A stretch of DNA of 32,000 nucleotides from Mycolicibacterium smegmatis (GCF_001457595.1 NZ_LN831039.1:6240001-6272000), one strand, 5' to 3'. Positions 17,538 through 26,554 are shown, numbered from the stretch's first letter. The notes: generated from the letters alone by a model not told the origin. Translations and numbers: made by a program.

Positions 17538-18332
17538 TCAGTGCCGCAGGTAGTCGAGCTGGGCCTGAACGCTCTTCTCCGCGGCGTCCCACAGTTTCTC
17601 GTCGACGTCGGTGTAGACGTGTTCGACGACTTGGCGCGCGGTGGCATCGTCGCCGAGTTCGCGTAACGCCTCACGCACCTGCTCGAGCCGTTCCTCCCGG
17701 TGCGCCAGGTACATCTGCGCGACGCCCGACAGATCCCCGAGCTCGGGCCCGTGGCCGGGCAGCACAACCCGCTCACCGAGCCCCTTGAGCCGGTGCAGCG
17801 AATCGAGGTAGTCACGCAGGCTGCCGTCCTCGGTGTCGATGACGGTGGTGCCGCGACCCAGGACGGTGTCGGCGGTCAGCACCGCACCCGGCCCGTCGCC
17901 GTCGTCGAGCACGAACGACAACGAGTCCGCGGTGTGCCCGGGGGTCGCCATCACCGTGATGCGCAGGCCGGCCGCGTCGATCACCTCACCGTCGGTCAAC
18001 GGCCCGCCCAGTCCGCGCAGGAACCCGCTGCCCACCGAGCGCACCACCGCGCCGGTCCGCTCGACGATCTTGTCGATGCCGCCGGTGTGGTCCTCGTGCT
18101 TGTGGCTGATGAGCACCAGGCTGATCGTCCCGAGCTCGGCGACGCGTGCGATGTGCTCGTCGTCGTCGGGGCCCGGGTCGACCACCACGATCTCGTCGCT
18201 GCGGGGCGCACGCAGCACCCACGTGTTGGTGCCCTCCAGCGTCATCAGGCCCGGGTTGTTGCACAGCAGCACCGACGCCGATCCGGTCACCGGCCGCAAC
18301 AACCCGTAGGCGGGATGCTGGAGATCGCTCAC
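17538..18332 (-). CDS. Metallo-beta-lactamase-fold hydrolase; Rv3677c-like
   Basis: 264 aa from GTG 18332. HxHxDH motif ISHKHEDHTGG. GTGA overlap with the RidA stop. The longer track ORF (to 18593) overlaps RidA and is rejected. Confidence 0.85.
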   Translation of the reverse strand: MSDLQHPAYGLLRPVTGSASVLLCNNPGLMTLEGTNTWVLRAPRSDEIVVVDPGPDDDEHIARVAELGTISLVLISHKHEDHTGGIDKIVERTGAVVRSVGSGFLRGLGGPLTDGEVIDAAGLRITVMATPGHTADSLSFVLDDGDGPGAVLTADTVLGRGTTVIDTEDGSLRDYLDSLHRLKGLGERVVLPGHGPELGDLSGVAQMYLAHREERLEQVREALRELGDDATARQVVEHVYTDVDEKLWDAAEKSVQAQLDYLRH

Positions 18333-18805
18333 GCGAGTCCCGGCGTGACCTCGACGATGATCTCGACCTCGACGGGGGCGTTGATCGGCAACTCGGCCAC
18401 CCCGACCGCCGAGCGCGCGTGCGCGCCGGCGTCGCCGAAGATCTCGCCGAACAGTTCCGAGGCGCCGTTGACGACGCCGGGCTGCCCGCCGAAGCCGGGG
18501 GCCGACGCGACGAAGCCGACGACCTTGACCACCTTGACGACGGAATCGATGCCGACGAGCGCGTGCACGGCGGCCAGCGCGTTGAGGCCGCACACCCGTG
18601 CGAGCTCCTTGGCCTCCTCGGCGCTCACCTCGGCGCCGACCTTGCCCGCCTTGATCAGCTCACCGCCGCGGATGGGCAGCTGACCCGAGGTGTAGACGTG
18701 GTTGCCGGTGTGCACTGCAGGCACGTAGGCGGCCACGGGCGGGACGACGCCCGGCAGTTCGATGCCCAGCTCGGCCAGCCGTGCCGACCACGACGCGCCG
18801 CTCAC
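18329..18805 (-). CDS. RidA/YjgF/L-PSP family protein; Rv3678c-like
   Basis: 158 aa; YjgF-like core (...GNHVYTSGQLP...VVKVVGFV...AVGVAELPINAPVEVE). GTGA overlap with the upstream small gene. Confidence 0.85.
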   Translation of the reverse strand: MSGASWSARLAELGIELPGVVPPVAAYVPAVHTGNHVYTSGQLPIRGGELIKAGKVGAEVSAEEAKELARVCGLNALAAVHALVGIDSVVKVVKVVGFVASAPGFGGQPGVVNGASELFGEIFGDAGAHARSAVGVAELPINAPVEVEIIVEVTPGLA

Positions 18806-18963
18806 TTCGGCCGCTTCAGGTAGGCGACGTGCTGCTCACCGGTCGGCCCGGGCAGGACCGAGACCAGTTCCCAGCCGTCGCTCCCCCACTGGTCAAGGAT
18901 CTGTTTGGTGGCATGTGTCAGCAACGGCACCGTGGCGTACTCCCAGCGAGTCGGTTCACTCAT
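18802..18963 (-). CDS. DUF4177-type small protein (53 aa); Rv3678A-like
   Basis: Below the ORF-track size cutoff; read by hand: MSEPTRWEYATVPLLTHATKQILDQWGSDGWELVSVLPGPTGEQHVAYLKRPK*. High GC3. Its stop overlaps the RidA GTG (GTGA). Confidence 0.7.
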   Translation of the reverse strand: MSEPTRWEYATVPLLTHATKQILDQWGSDGWELVSVLPGPTGEQHVAYLKRPK

Positions 18964-18969
18964 GGGGCG

Positions 18970-18975
18970 AGCTTA
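18970..18975 (-). promoter_or_regulatory. -10 candidate TAAGCT, 6 nt upstream of ATG 18963 (leaderless arrangement)
   Basis: Minus strand reads TAAGCT-CGCCCC-ATG. Confidence 0.4.
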
Positions 18976-18998
18976 TCGGTCGGGCTGCCGGGCTTGGT

Positions 18999-19004
18999 TA
19001 GCAT
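18999..19004 (+). promoter_or_regulatory. -10 candidate TAGCAT, 6 nt upstream of GTG 19011 (leaderless arrangement)
   Basis: Plus strand reads TAGCAT-GCACTG-GTG. Confidence 0.4.
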
Positions 19005-19010
19005 GCACTG

Positions 19011-20045
19011 GTGGCAACCACAGAGAGCGGCGCCAAACATGTCGGTTGGCCGTCGCGGCTGACGAAGGCCAGACTGCATTTCGTATCCGGCAAGGGCGGA
19101 ACTGGCAAATCCACGATCGCCGCGGCGCTGGCCCTCGCACTCGCCGCGCACGGGCGCAGGGTCCTGCTCGTGGAGGTCGAGGAACGTCAGGGCATCGCGC
19201 AGCTGTTCGACGTCCCGCCGCTGCCGTACGAAGAGGTCAAGATCGCCACCGCGGAAGGCGGCGGACAGGTCAACGCCCTGGCCATCGACATCGAGGCCGC
19301 GTTCCTGGAATACCTCGACATGTTCTACAACCTCGGCCTCGCCGGCCGCGCGATGCGCCGCATCGGCGCCATCGAGTTCGCCACCACCATCGCGCCGGGT
19401 CTGCGTGACGTTCTGCTGACGGGCAAGATCAAAGAGATCGTGGTGCGCCCCAAGACCATGCGCGACGAGAAGCACAAGCGCAGCGGCTACGACGCCGTCG
19501 TCGTGGATTCCCCACCGACAGGCCGTATCTCGCGATTCCTCGACGTCACCAAGGCCGTCTCGGATCTGGCCAAGGGCGGGCCGGTGCACTCGCAGGCCGA
19601 AGGTGTGGTGAAGCTGCTGCACTCCGAGCAGACCGCGATCCATCTCGTGACGCTGCTGGAGGCACTGCCCATCCAGGAGACCCTGGAGGCCATCGACGAA
19701 CTCAAGGAACTGAACCTGCCGATCGGCAGCGTCATCGTCAACCGCAACATCCCCGCGTACCTGTCTCCGGACGACCTGGCCAAGGCCGCCGAGGGTGACC
19801 TCGACGCCGACACGATCCGCGCCGACCTGAGCAAGGCGGGAATCACGTTGTCGGACGAGAACTTTGCGGGTCTGCTCACCGAGGCGATCCAGCACGCGAC
19901 CCGCATCAAGGCCCGCAAGGAAAGCGCCGAACTGCTCGACGAGATCGACATCCCGCGCCTGGACCTGCCCGCACTGGCCGACGGTGTCGACCTGGGCAGC
20001 CTCTACGAACTCGCCGAAGAACTCGCCGCCCAGGGGGTCAGATGA
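19011..20045 (+). CDS. ArsA/Get3-like P-loop ATPase; Rv3679-like
   Basis: 344 aa. Deviant Walker [11 protein letters not shown] with both lysines. Walker B-like [10 protein letters not shown]. Confidence 0.85.
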   Translation: MATTESGAKHVGWPSRLTKARLHFVSGKGGTGKSTIAAALALALAAHGRRVLLVEVEERQGIAQLFDVPPLPYEEVKIATAEGGGQVNALAIDIEAAFLEYLDMFYNLGLAGRAMRRIGAIEFATTIAPGLRDVLLTGKIKEIVVRPKTMRDEKHKRSGYDAVVVDSPPTGRISRFLDVTKAVSDLAKGGPVHSQAEGVVKLLHSEQTAIHLVTLLEALPIQETLEAIDELKELNLPIGSVIVNRNIPAYLSPDDLAKAAEGDLDADTIRADLSKAGITLSDENFAGLLTEAIQHATRIKARKESAELLDEIDIPRLDLPALADGVDLGSLYELAEELAAQGVR

Positions 20046-21172
20046 GCACCACACCACCGGCCCTCGACATGGGCTCGATTCTCGCCGACACGTCGAACCG
20101 CGTCGTGGTGTGTTGCGGCGCAGGCGGTGTCGGCAAAACCACGACCGCCGCGGCGATGGCGCTGCGGGCCGCCGAGTACGGCCGCACGGTCGTGGTCCTC
20201 ACCATCGACCCGGCAAAGCGTCTCGCGCAGGCGCTCGGCATCAAGGACCTGGGCAACACGCCGCAGCGCGTGCCGTTGGCGCCCGAGGTGACCGGGGAAC
20301 TGCACGCGATGATGCTCGACATGCGTCGCACGTTCGACGAGATGGTGATGCAGTACTCGGGTGCCGGTGTGGCCGACCAGATTCTGGAGAACCAGTTCTA
20401 CCAAACTGTCGCCACCTCGCTCGCGGGCACGCAGGAGTACATGGCGATGGAGAAACTCGGGCAGTTGCTGTCCGAGGACAAGTGGGATCTGGTGGTCGTC
20501 GACACGCCGCCGTCGCGCAACGCTCTGGACTTCCTGGATGCACCGAAACGGTTGGGCAGCTTCATGGACAGCCGCCTGTGGCGCATGCTGCTCGCCCCCG
20601 GTCGCGGTATCGGCAAGCTCGTCACAGGTGCCGTCGGGCTCGCGATGAAGGCGATGTCGACCGTGCTGGGCTCCCAGATGCTCTCCGACGCAGCCAGTTT
20701 CGTGCAGTCCCTGGACGCCACGTTCGGTGGGTTCCGCGAGAAGGCCGACCGCACCTACGATCTGCTCAAACGCCGGGGCACCCAGTTCGTGGTGGTGTCC
20801 GCGGCCGAACCGGACGCGCTGCGCGAGGCATCGTTCTTCGTCGACCGGCTTTCCGGTGAGCGCATGCCGCTCGCGGGCCTGATCCTCAACCGCACACATC
20901 CGACGCTGTGCGATCTGCACGCCGAGAAGGCCGAAGAGGCCGCCGACGAACTCGCTGCCGAGGATCCCGACTCGCTGACCGCCTCGGTGTTGCGCATCCA
21001 CGCCGACCGCGCGCAGACGGCCAAGCGCGAGGTGCGTCTGCTTTCGCGGTTCACCGGCGCCAACCCGCACGTCGCGATCGTCGGGGTGCCGTCACTGCCG
21101 TTCGACGTTTCCGATCTCGAGGCGCTGCGCGCGATCGCCGATCAGATCACCGGCGTCACCGAAACCGCCTAG
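20042..21172 (+). CDS. ArsA/Get3-like P-loop ATPase paralogue; Rv3680-like
   Basis: 376 aa. Walker [11 protein letters not shown] (signature lysine replaced by Ala). [13 protein letters not shown] overlap with the upstream paralogue. Confidence 0.85.
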   Translation: MSTTPPALDMGSILADTSNRVVVCCGAGGVGKTTTAAAMALRAAEYGRTVVVLTIDPAKRLAQALGIKDLGNTPQRVPLAPEVTGELHAMMLDMRRTFDEMVMQYSGAGVADQILENQFYQTVATSLAGTQEYMAMEKLGQLLSEDKWDLVVVDTPPSRNALDFLDAPKRLGSFMDSRLWRMLLAPGRGIGKLVTGAVGLAMKAMSTVLGSQMLSDAASFVQSLDATFGGFREKADRTYDLLKRRGTQFVVVSAAEPDALREASFFVDRLSGERMPLAGLILNRTHPTLCDLHAEKAEEAADELAAEDPDSLTASVLRIHADRAQTAKREVRLLSRFTGANPHVAIVGVPSLPFDVSDLEALRAIADQITGVTETA

Positions 21173-21987
21173 CGGTTCTGCAGGTACCGGCGGATCTCGC
21201 AGCCCAGCCATCCCATGGTGTCCAGGACCGGGTCGCGGTGGTCCTGCCCCCACGCCCAGTTGGCCAGGACGGCGTAGCCGACGCTGCGATCGCCGTGCGT
21301 GGCGCATCCGATGTCGATGCGCGCGTCGGAGATGGTTCCGGTCTTGTTCCACAGTGCGAACCGGTCGGGTTCGGTGTGTGCCAGCGGGTCGAGACCGAAG
21401 GCGCGCGCCACCATGGACAGGTCGGTGTTGACGCCCAACCAGGTGCGCACCTGGCGGGAGACCTCGGCGCCGTGGATGTCACCGGAGTGCAGGCGCGCCA
21501 CGAACTCACACAGTTCGGCGGCATTGCCTGTCGACAAGGTGAGCGGATCGTCCTGAGATCGGTTCAGCCGCACCCGGTCCCGCAGTCCGCTGGCCGTGAA
21601 ACCCAGATCTTTCGTGGCGCGCTGCACCTCGTCGAGTCCGAGCCGGCGCAGCAGGATGTTGGTGGCCATGTTGTCGCTCACCGCACCGATCAGCAGACAC
21701 AGATCGTCGATGCGCAGGTCCTGCCCCTGCAACAGGTAGAGAATCCCGGAGTCCGCCACCACGTCTTCTGGTGCGGCCGTGACGATCTCGGCGGGGTCCA
21801 GGGTCCTGTTCTCGAACCGCCGGGCCACCTCGGCCAGCAGGAATATCTTCCCGACGCTGGCCGTCTTGAGCACGCGCTCGGGGTCGTGCTCCCACAGGAT
21901 CTCACCGGTGTTCAGGTCGGTGATGCGGACCGACCACGCGGCCATGTCCGTCAGCATCGACGATGCGCGGGTGAAGAAGTCACTCAT
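21169..21987 (-). CDS. Class A beta-lactamase-fold serine hydrolase without signal peptide
   Basis: 272 aa from ATG 21987. SVGK (SxxK) at residue 44, SDN 60 residues later, NKTGT (KTG). The N-terminus starts directly at the mature-domain position. The start overlaps the permease stop (ATGAGTGA). Confidence 0.8.
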   Translation of the reverse strand: MSDFFTRASSMLTDMAAWSVRITDLNTGEILWEHDPERVLKTASVGKIFLLAEVARRFENRTLDPAEIVTAAPEDVVADSGILYLLQGQDLRIDDLCLLIGAVSDNMATNILLRRLGLDEVQRATKDLGFTASGLRDRVRLNRSQDDPLTLSTGNAAELCEFVARLHSGDIHGAEVSRQVRTWLGVNTDLSMVARAFGLDPLAHTEPDRFALWNKTGTISDARIDIGCATHGDRSVGYAVLANWAWGQDHRDPVLDTMGWLGCEIRRYLQNR

Positions 21988-23401
21988 CGGTTCTCGCAGC
22001 CTGTTTCGTGTCTGTGGCGGGCACCTGGCCGTGACGTTTGCGCAGGGCATAGGCGAGCAGGACGACCGCCAGGCTGACCACGCTCGCCAACAGTTGCACG
22101 CGCTGATCGGCGTCGAACAACATGGCCACGAGAACCAGGACGAAGCATGCGATCACCGCGATCGGCAGGTACGGGAAGAACCACATCTTGAGCGTCAGTT
22201 TCGCGGGGTCCTCACGTTCGATGGCCCGGCGCACCCGCAACTCCGAGACCCCGATCATCACGTACATGAAGATCGCCACCACGCCGCACGAGTTCACCAG
22301 GAACAGGAACAGCGAATCGGGCGCGATGTAGGCCAGCACCACCGAGACCCACCCGACGACGGTGCTCGCGAGGATCGCGCGGGTGGGGACACCGCGAGTG
22401 TTGGTGCGCACCAGCCACTGTGGCGCATCGCCGTGTGACGCGAGCACCCGCAGCATGCGTGAGGACGTGTAGATCGACGAGTTGAGCACCGAGAGCACCG
22501 CGGTGAGGATGACGATGTTCATGATCAGTCCCGCACCGGGGATCTGCAGTTTCTCCAGCGCCGCGACGTACGGACTGGACAACACGGATGCGTCGTTCCA
22601 CGGCAGGATGCACACCACCAGGAAGATCGACCCGACGTAGAAGAGGATGATCCGCCAGATGACGCCCGTGGTGGCCCTGGCAACCGATTTCGCCGGTTCG
22701 GCGCTCTCCGCCGCTGCGATGGTGACGATCTCGGCCCCGCCGAACGCGAAGATCACCACGACCACGGCCCCGAAGATCGATCCGAATCCGTTGGGCGCGA
22801 AGCCTCCGTGGGCCACCAGGTTGGTCAACCCGTTGGTGTCACCCGGCCACACGCCGAACACCCACAGCAGGCCGACGACGATGAAGGACACGATCGCGGC
22901 GACCTTGATGCCGGAGAACCAGAACTCGAACTCGCCGAACCACCGCACCGAGATGAGGTTGGTCAACGTCAGCGCGGCCATCAGCAGCATCGCCATGAGC
23001 CACAGCGGAAGCCCCACCCAGACAGCCAGGATCTGCGCTCCCGCAACGGCTTCCACCGCGATGATGATCACGTAATAGTACCAGTACAGCCAGCCGAGCG
23101 TGAACCCGGCCCACGGGCCGATGCCGATCCGGGCATAGTCGGCGAACGCGCCGGTCCTGGGTTTCGCCACGACCATCTCGCCGAGCATCCGCAGGGTGCA
23201 CAGCACGAGCGCACCGGCCACGACGTACGACACGATCGCGGCCGGGCCCGCGGTCTTGATCACCGCGCCGCTGCCGACGAAGAGCCCGGCACCGATGGCG
23301 CCGCCGATCGCGATCATGGTCATATGCCGCGTTCTCAGCGACCGGGCGAGGCCGGAGCGGGGTTCGTCGGACGAGGACAGATCGGATCTCGATTCGAGCA
23401 T
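21980..23401 (-). CDS. APC-superfamily amino-acid permease, AAT/GabP-like
   Basis: 473 aa, about 12 TM segments. N-terminal signature LRTRHMTMIAIGGAIGAGLFVGSG and FAFGGAEIVTIAAAES, typical of AAT-family proton symporters. Confidence 0.9.
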   Translation of the reverse strand: MLESRSDLSSSDEPRSGLARSLRTRHMTMIAIGGAIGAGLFVGSGAVIKTAGPAAIVSYVVAGALVLCTLRMLGEMVVAKPRTGAFADYARIGIGPWAGFTLGWLYWYYYVIIIAVEAVAGAQILAVWVGLPLWLMAMLLMAALTLTNLISVRWFGEFEFWFSGIKVAAIVSFIVVGLLWVFGVWPGDTNGLTNLVAHGGFAPNGFGSIFGAVVVVIFAFGGAEIVTIAAAESAEPAKSVARATTGVIWRIILFYVGSIFLVVCILPWNDASVLSSPYVAALEKLQIPGAGLIMNIVILTAVLSVLNSSIYTSSRMLRVLASHGDAPQWLVRTNTRGVPTRAILASTVVGWVSVVLAYIAPDSLFLFLVNSCGVVAIFMYVMIGVSELRVRRAIEREDPAKLTLKMWFFPYLPIAVIACFVLVLVAMLFDADQRVQLLASVVSLAVVLLAYALRKRHGQVPATDTKQAARTDE

Positions 23402-23414
23402 GAGGCAATGCCAA

Positions 23415-24794
23415 TCAGTCGGAGGGGCGGTTGGGCGGGCGAAACGTCAGTGGTTCGAGTGATGGTTCACCGGCCTCTGCGACGATCTGCTCGATCGTCT
23501 GGGCCCGGCGGGCCAGTGACCACCGTCGGTCACCGTGCTGGTCGGTTCCCACGGTGTAGACGGCGGGTCTGGGTAATGCGTTGTAGGAGAAGTGCGTCGA
23601 GAAGTAATAGCCGCCGGTGTCGGGGACGGCGACCAGGTCACCTGCGTGGACCGGCGGCAGTTCCCGTCCGACGGCGAGCATGTCCCCGGTGAAGCAGGCG
23701 GGGCCCGCCACGTCCTGCACCCGAGGCGGGTCGTCGCGGCGCCGCCCGTGCGCGTCGTACACCTCGACCCGCAGTGGCCAGGCCTCGGGCGCGAAGATCG
23801 AGCGGGTGGCCACCTGCACACCGGCGTGGGTGATGGCGATCGGACGCCCGCCCGTCACCTTCGTGTACTCGACGCGGGCGACGACGGTGCCGGCCTTGGC
23901 GGTCAGCGCCCGGCCGAATTCGGTCACCACGGTGTAGGTCCCGTCGAACAGACGCGGGGCAGCGGCCTGCAGCGCCGCCCGGTGGTCGGCGAAAGTCGGT
24001 GTGACGTCGTCGGATCGGAAGTTCACCGGCAGTCCGCCACCGACGTCGATCCGCTGGATCTGCCGCGATCCGGCCCGTGCGTCGATGTCGGCGGCCAGGT
24101 CTGTCGTGAGCCGCACGCCTTCGGCCGCGTGCTCCAGGCTCATCCCCTGTGAGCCGCTGTGGACGTGCAGCTGCGTCAGCCAGGGCCGGGTTGCGAAGGC
24201 GTCGATGATCTCGTCACGGTGGTCGGCCAACCCGATGCCGAACTTCGACGTCGAGGTGGCCGTACTCATCGCGTCGATGGTTCCGGCACCGGTCTGGGGA
24301 TTCACCCGCACCCCGATCACCGACCGGGGCCTGCCGTTGCGAGCGACGGCCGCGTCGATCCGCGCGAGTTCCTCGAAGTTGTCGACGTTGAACGACACCC
24401 CCAACTCGAGCGCCCTGGCGATCTCGGTCGGGGTCTTGGCCGGCGAGTCGAACACGATGCGCTCGGCCGGAAACCCGGCCGCGAGTGCGAGTTCGAGCTC
24501 GCCGGGGCTGGCCACCTCGCATCCGAACCCCGCCGCGGCGAACCGCGCGAGAACCGGCCGCAGCGATATCGCCTTGGCCGCGATCGTGTGCAGAGCCGGC
24601 AGATCGGCCGGGTACGCCGCGTGCAGCGACGCCATGAGTTCGTCGAGGGTGTCGAGGTCGATGACCCCGCACAGCGGGTGCAGATCGTCGATGAACCCCT
24701 GCCGGACCACGTCGGCGACGATCTGTTCGCGCCGGTACAGGAGCTCCTCCGGGCTCGGCAGTGGTGCGCCGGCCCGCGGTGGTGCGTCAGTCAC
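23415..24794 (-). CDS. Fold-type III PLP-dependent decarboxylase (Orn/DAP/Arg decarboxylase family), substrate unknown
   Basis: 459 aa with a GTG start. PLP-Lys context HTIAAKAIS, LHVHSGSQG, DVGGGLPV, EFGR, GPACFTGD, GGYYFSTHFSYNALPRP. Confidence 0.85.
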   Translation of the reverse strand: MTDAPPRAGAPLPSPEELLYRREQIVADVVRQGFIDDLHPLCGVIDLDTLDELMASLHAAYPADLPALHTIAAKAISLRPVLARFAAAGFGCEVASPGELELALAAGFPAERIVFDSPAKTPTEIARALELGVSFNVDNFEELARIDAAVARNGRPRSVIGVRVNPQTGAGTIDAMSTATSTSKFGIGLADHRDEIIDAFATRPWLTQLHVHSGSQGMSLEHAAEGVRLTTDLAADIDARAGSRQIQRIDVGGGLPVNFRSDDVTPTFADHRAALQAAAPRLFDGTYTVVTEFGRALTAKAGTVVARVEYTKVTGGRPIAITHAGVQVATRSIFAPEAWPLRVEVYDAHGRRRDDPPRVQDVAGPACFTGDMLAVGRELPPVHAGDLVAVPDTGGYYFSTHFSYNALPRPAVYTVGTDQHGDRRWSLARRAQTIEQIVAEAGEPSLEPLTFRPPNRPSD

Positions 24795-24800
24795 CTGTAA

Positions 24801-24806
24801 AACCTA
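24801..24806 (-). promoter_or_regulatory. -10 candidate TAGGTT, 6 nt upstream of decarboxylase GTG 24794 (leaderless arrangement)
   Basis: Minus strand reads TAGGTT-TTACAG-GTG. Confidence 0.35.
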
Positions 24807-24870
24807 TGAACACCGTGGCCGGTGGAGGGAGTCGTGCGGGCTGAGAAAATCCGGGCGAATCTTCGTCGGA

Positions 24871-24912
24871 TCCGGAGAGCGACACCACGCCGCGATCGGC
24901 GCCCTCTCCGGA
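24871..24912 (-). terminator. Hairpin just after the PucR stop (terminator or operator candidate)
   Basis: 9-bp arms TCCGGAGAG / CTCTCCGGA with a 24-nt loop. On the minus strand it is followed by a second small hairpin ATCCG..CGGAT and TTTTCTC (24868-24844). Confidence 0.3.
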
Positions 24913-24917
24913 ATGCA

Positions 24918-26534
24918 CTAACGAGATCCCCGTTTCTCGTCGAAGTGCACAGTGGCGCGTACGGATTCACCGCGTCGCTCCCACACCAGCAGTGCCAGGG
25001 CCGCCCGCAGTCGCGCCGCTGCCGACTGCAGGTCCAGCCCGGCCACCGCGGTGATCCGGTCCAGCCGGTAGCGCAGCGAGTTGGCGTGGATACCGAGTTC
25101 GCGGGCCGCACCGCTCAGGTTGCCGGGGTGGTCGAGGACCGCAGCGACGGTGTCGACGAACGCGGTGCCGTGGTCGATGTCGTGACGACGCAACGCGCGC
25201 AACGGTTCCGCGATGGCGTCGCCAAGCGGGTCGAGCAGGTCCGCGGCCCGGACCAAGGTGAGCGGGTCGGCCACGTCGGCTGCCGTGATCACCGGCGGGG
25301 TCGCTTCGCGTGTGCGTCGGCAGCCGATGTCGAGGGCGGCCGCGTCGAGAACCTGACGCGCGACGACAGCGGAGCGCTGCAGGTCCAGGATGGAGTCGAC
25401 CACCGAACCCACGGCGACGGTGCCGCAGCGGGCGCGTGAGACCCGCGCCAGGTGCACGGACAGATTGCCTGCGACGTCGGCGTCGGTCACCTCGTCGTCC
25501 TGCAGCGGAACCACGACGAGCAGATCCGTTCCCACCCGCGCCGGCCGCGCCCCGGCGCGCAGCGCCTGCATGTGGAACATCAGCGAGCGGGACTCGGGCG
25601 CATCAGCTCCCAGCGCGACGACGACGTGCCTGGTGTCCGGTTGCAGACCGAGCAGCGCGGCGGGGACGCCGGGATCGACTCCGCGCGAGATCAGATCGAC
25701 GAGCGCGGCCTCACGGAGGCGACGCTCGTACTGCTCGAGGTGGACCTCGCGCAGCATCATCGCGGCTGCCGTCTGGCGCACCTGCAGCAGCAACTGGCGC
25801 AGCGCGTCGCGGTCGGTGGCGTCGTCCAGCGCCGCCCAGATCGTGCCGAGCGTCTCGCCCCCGGTCTTCACCGAGACCACCATGCGCGCCGGGTCGCCGT
25901 TCTCGGCGTTGCGCACCACGACGTCGTCGGAGCGCCACACCGCGGGCAGGAATCCGGTGGACATGAGCCGTTCGACGCGCCAGGCCGGGACGGCGCCGCC
26001 CAGGATGGTCTGGTTGCGAATCGGGTCGACGTCGTGCCCGACGACGGCGTAGGCGAGCACCCGCGAGTCGAGATCCTCGATGGTCACCGGCGCCCCGGTC
26101 CGCGTGCTGATCCAGCGGGCGAGGGCCTGCAGATTGTCGACCTGAGGCGCCGGGTCGACCGTGTGGCCCGCGCCGAGCAGGCGGACCAGGACGCGGAACA
26201 ACTCGCTCCACCCCACCCACGGAGAGCGGCGGAACAGCCTGGCGGTGTGGCCGCGCACCAGGGAGAGGTCCGTCGTCGCGCCGGGCGGAAGTACAACGGC
26301 CCCAGCGGTTCCCACCTCGTCGAGCAGGGATCCGAGCACGAAACGGTCATCGATGCGGGAGTTGACCAAGACGATCGTGCCGCGGTAGTCGGCCGGTTCG
26401 CCCGGTTCGTGCAGGGCGACGTCGCTCACCAGTGGGTCGTCGCCGGGATCCCTCGCCCCGGCCAGCGGGATCAGCATTCCGGCGGCGCCTGAGATCATCG
26501 CCGACAGCGGAAGCGTGCGAGCAGGATCAGTCAC
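24918..26534 (-). CDS. PucR-family transcriptional regulator
   Basis: 538 aa. C-terminal PucR HTH GNLSGAARELGIHANSLRYRLDRI. Long N-terminal sensor/GGDEF-like region. GTG start. Confidence 0.85.
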   Translation of the reverse strand: MTDPARTLPLSAMISGAAGMLIPLAGARDPGDDPLVSDVALHEPGEPADYRGTIVLVNSRIDDRFVLGSLLDEVGTAGAVVLPPGATTDLSLVRGHTARLFRRSPWVGWSELFRVLVRLLGAGHTVDPAPQVDNLQALARWISTRTGAPVTIEDLDSRVLAYAVVGHDVDPIRNQTILGGAVPAWRVERLMSTGFLPAVWRSDDVVVRNAENGDPARMVVSVKTGGETLGTIWAALDDATDRDALRQLLLQVRQTAAAMMLREVHLEQYERRLREAALVDLISRGVDPGVPAALLGLQPDTRHVVVALGADAPESRSLMFHMQALRAGARPARVGTDLLVVVPLQDDEVTDADVAGNLSVHLARVSRARCGTVAVGSVVDSILDLQRSAVVARQVLDAAALDIGCRRTREATPPVITAADVADPLTLVRAADLLDPLGDAIAEPLRALRRHDIDHGTAFVDTVAAVLDHPGNLSGAARELGIHANSLRYRLDRITAVAGLDLQSAAARLRAALALLVWERRGESVRATVHFDEKRGSR

Positions 26535-26554
26535 TGCTTCTGGTCATCGGGTAC

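Noticed and set aside
18960-26492. ORFs 18960-20057 (-), 20003-21070 (-), 20908-22077 (+), 22808-23692 (+), 24001-24921 (+), 25452-26492 (+) and similar
   Set aside because: Shadow ORFs antisense to the ArsA-like genes, the beta-lactamase-fold gene, the permease, the decarboxylase and the PucR gene. No motifs are present, and they overlap several real genes each.
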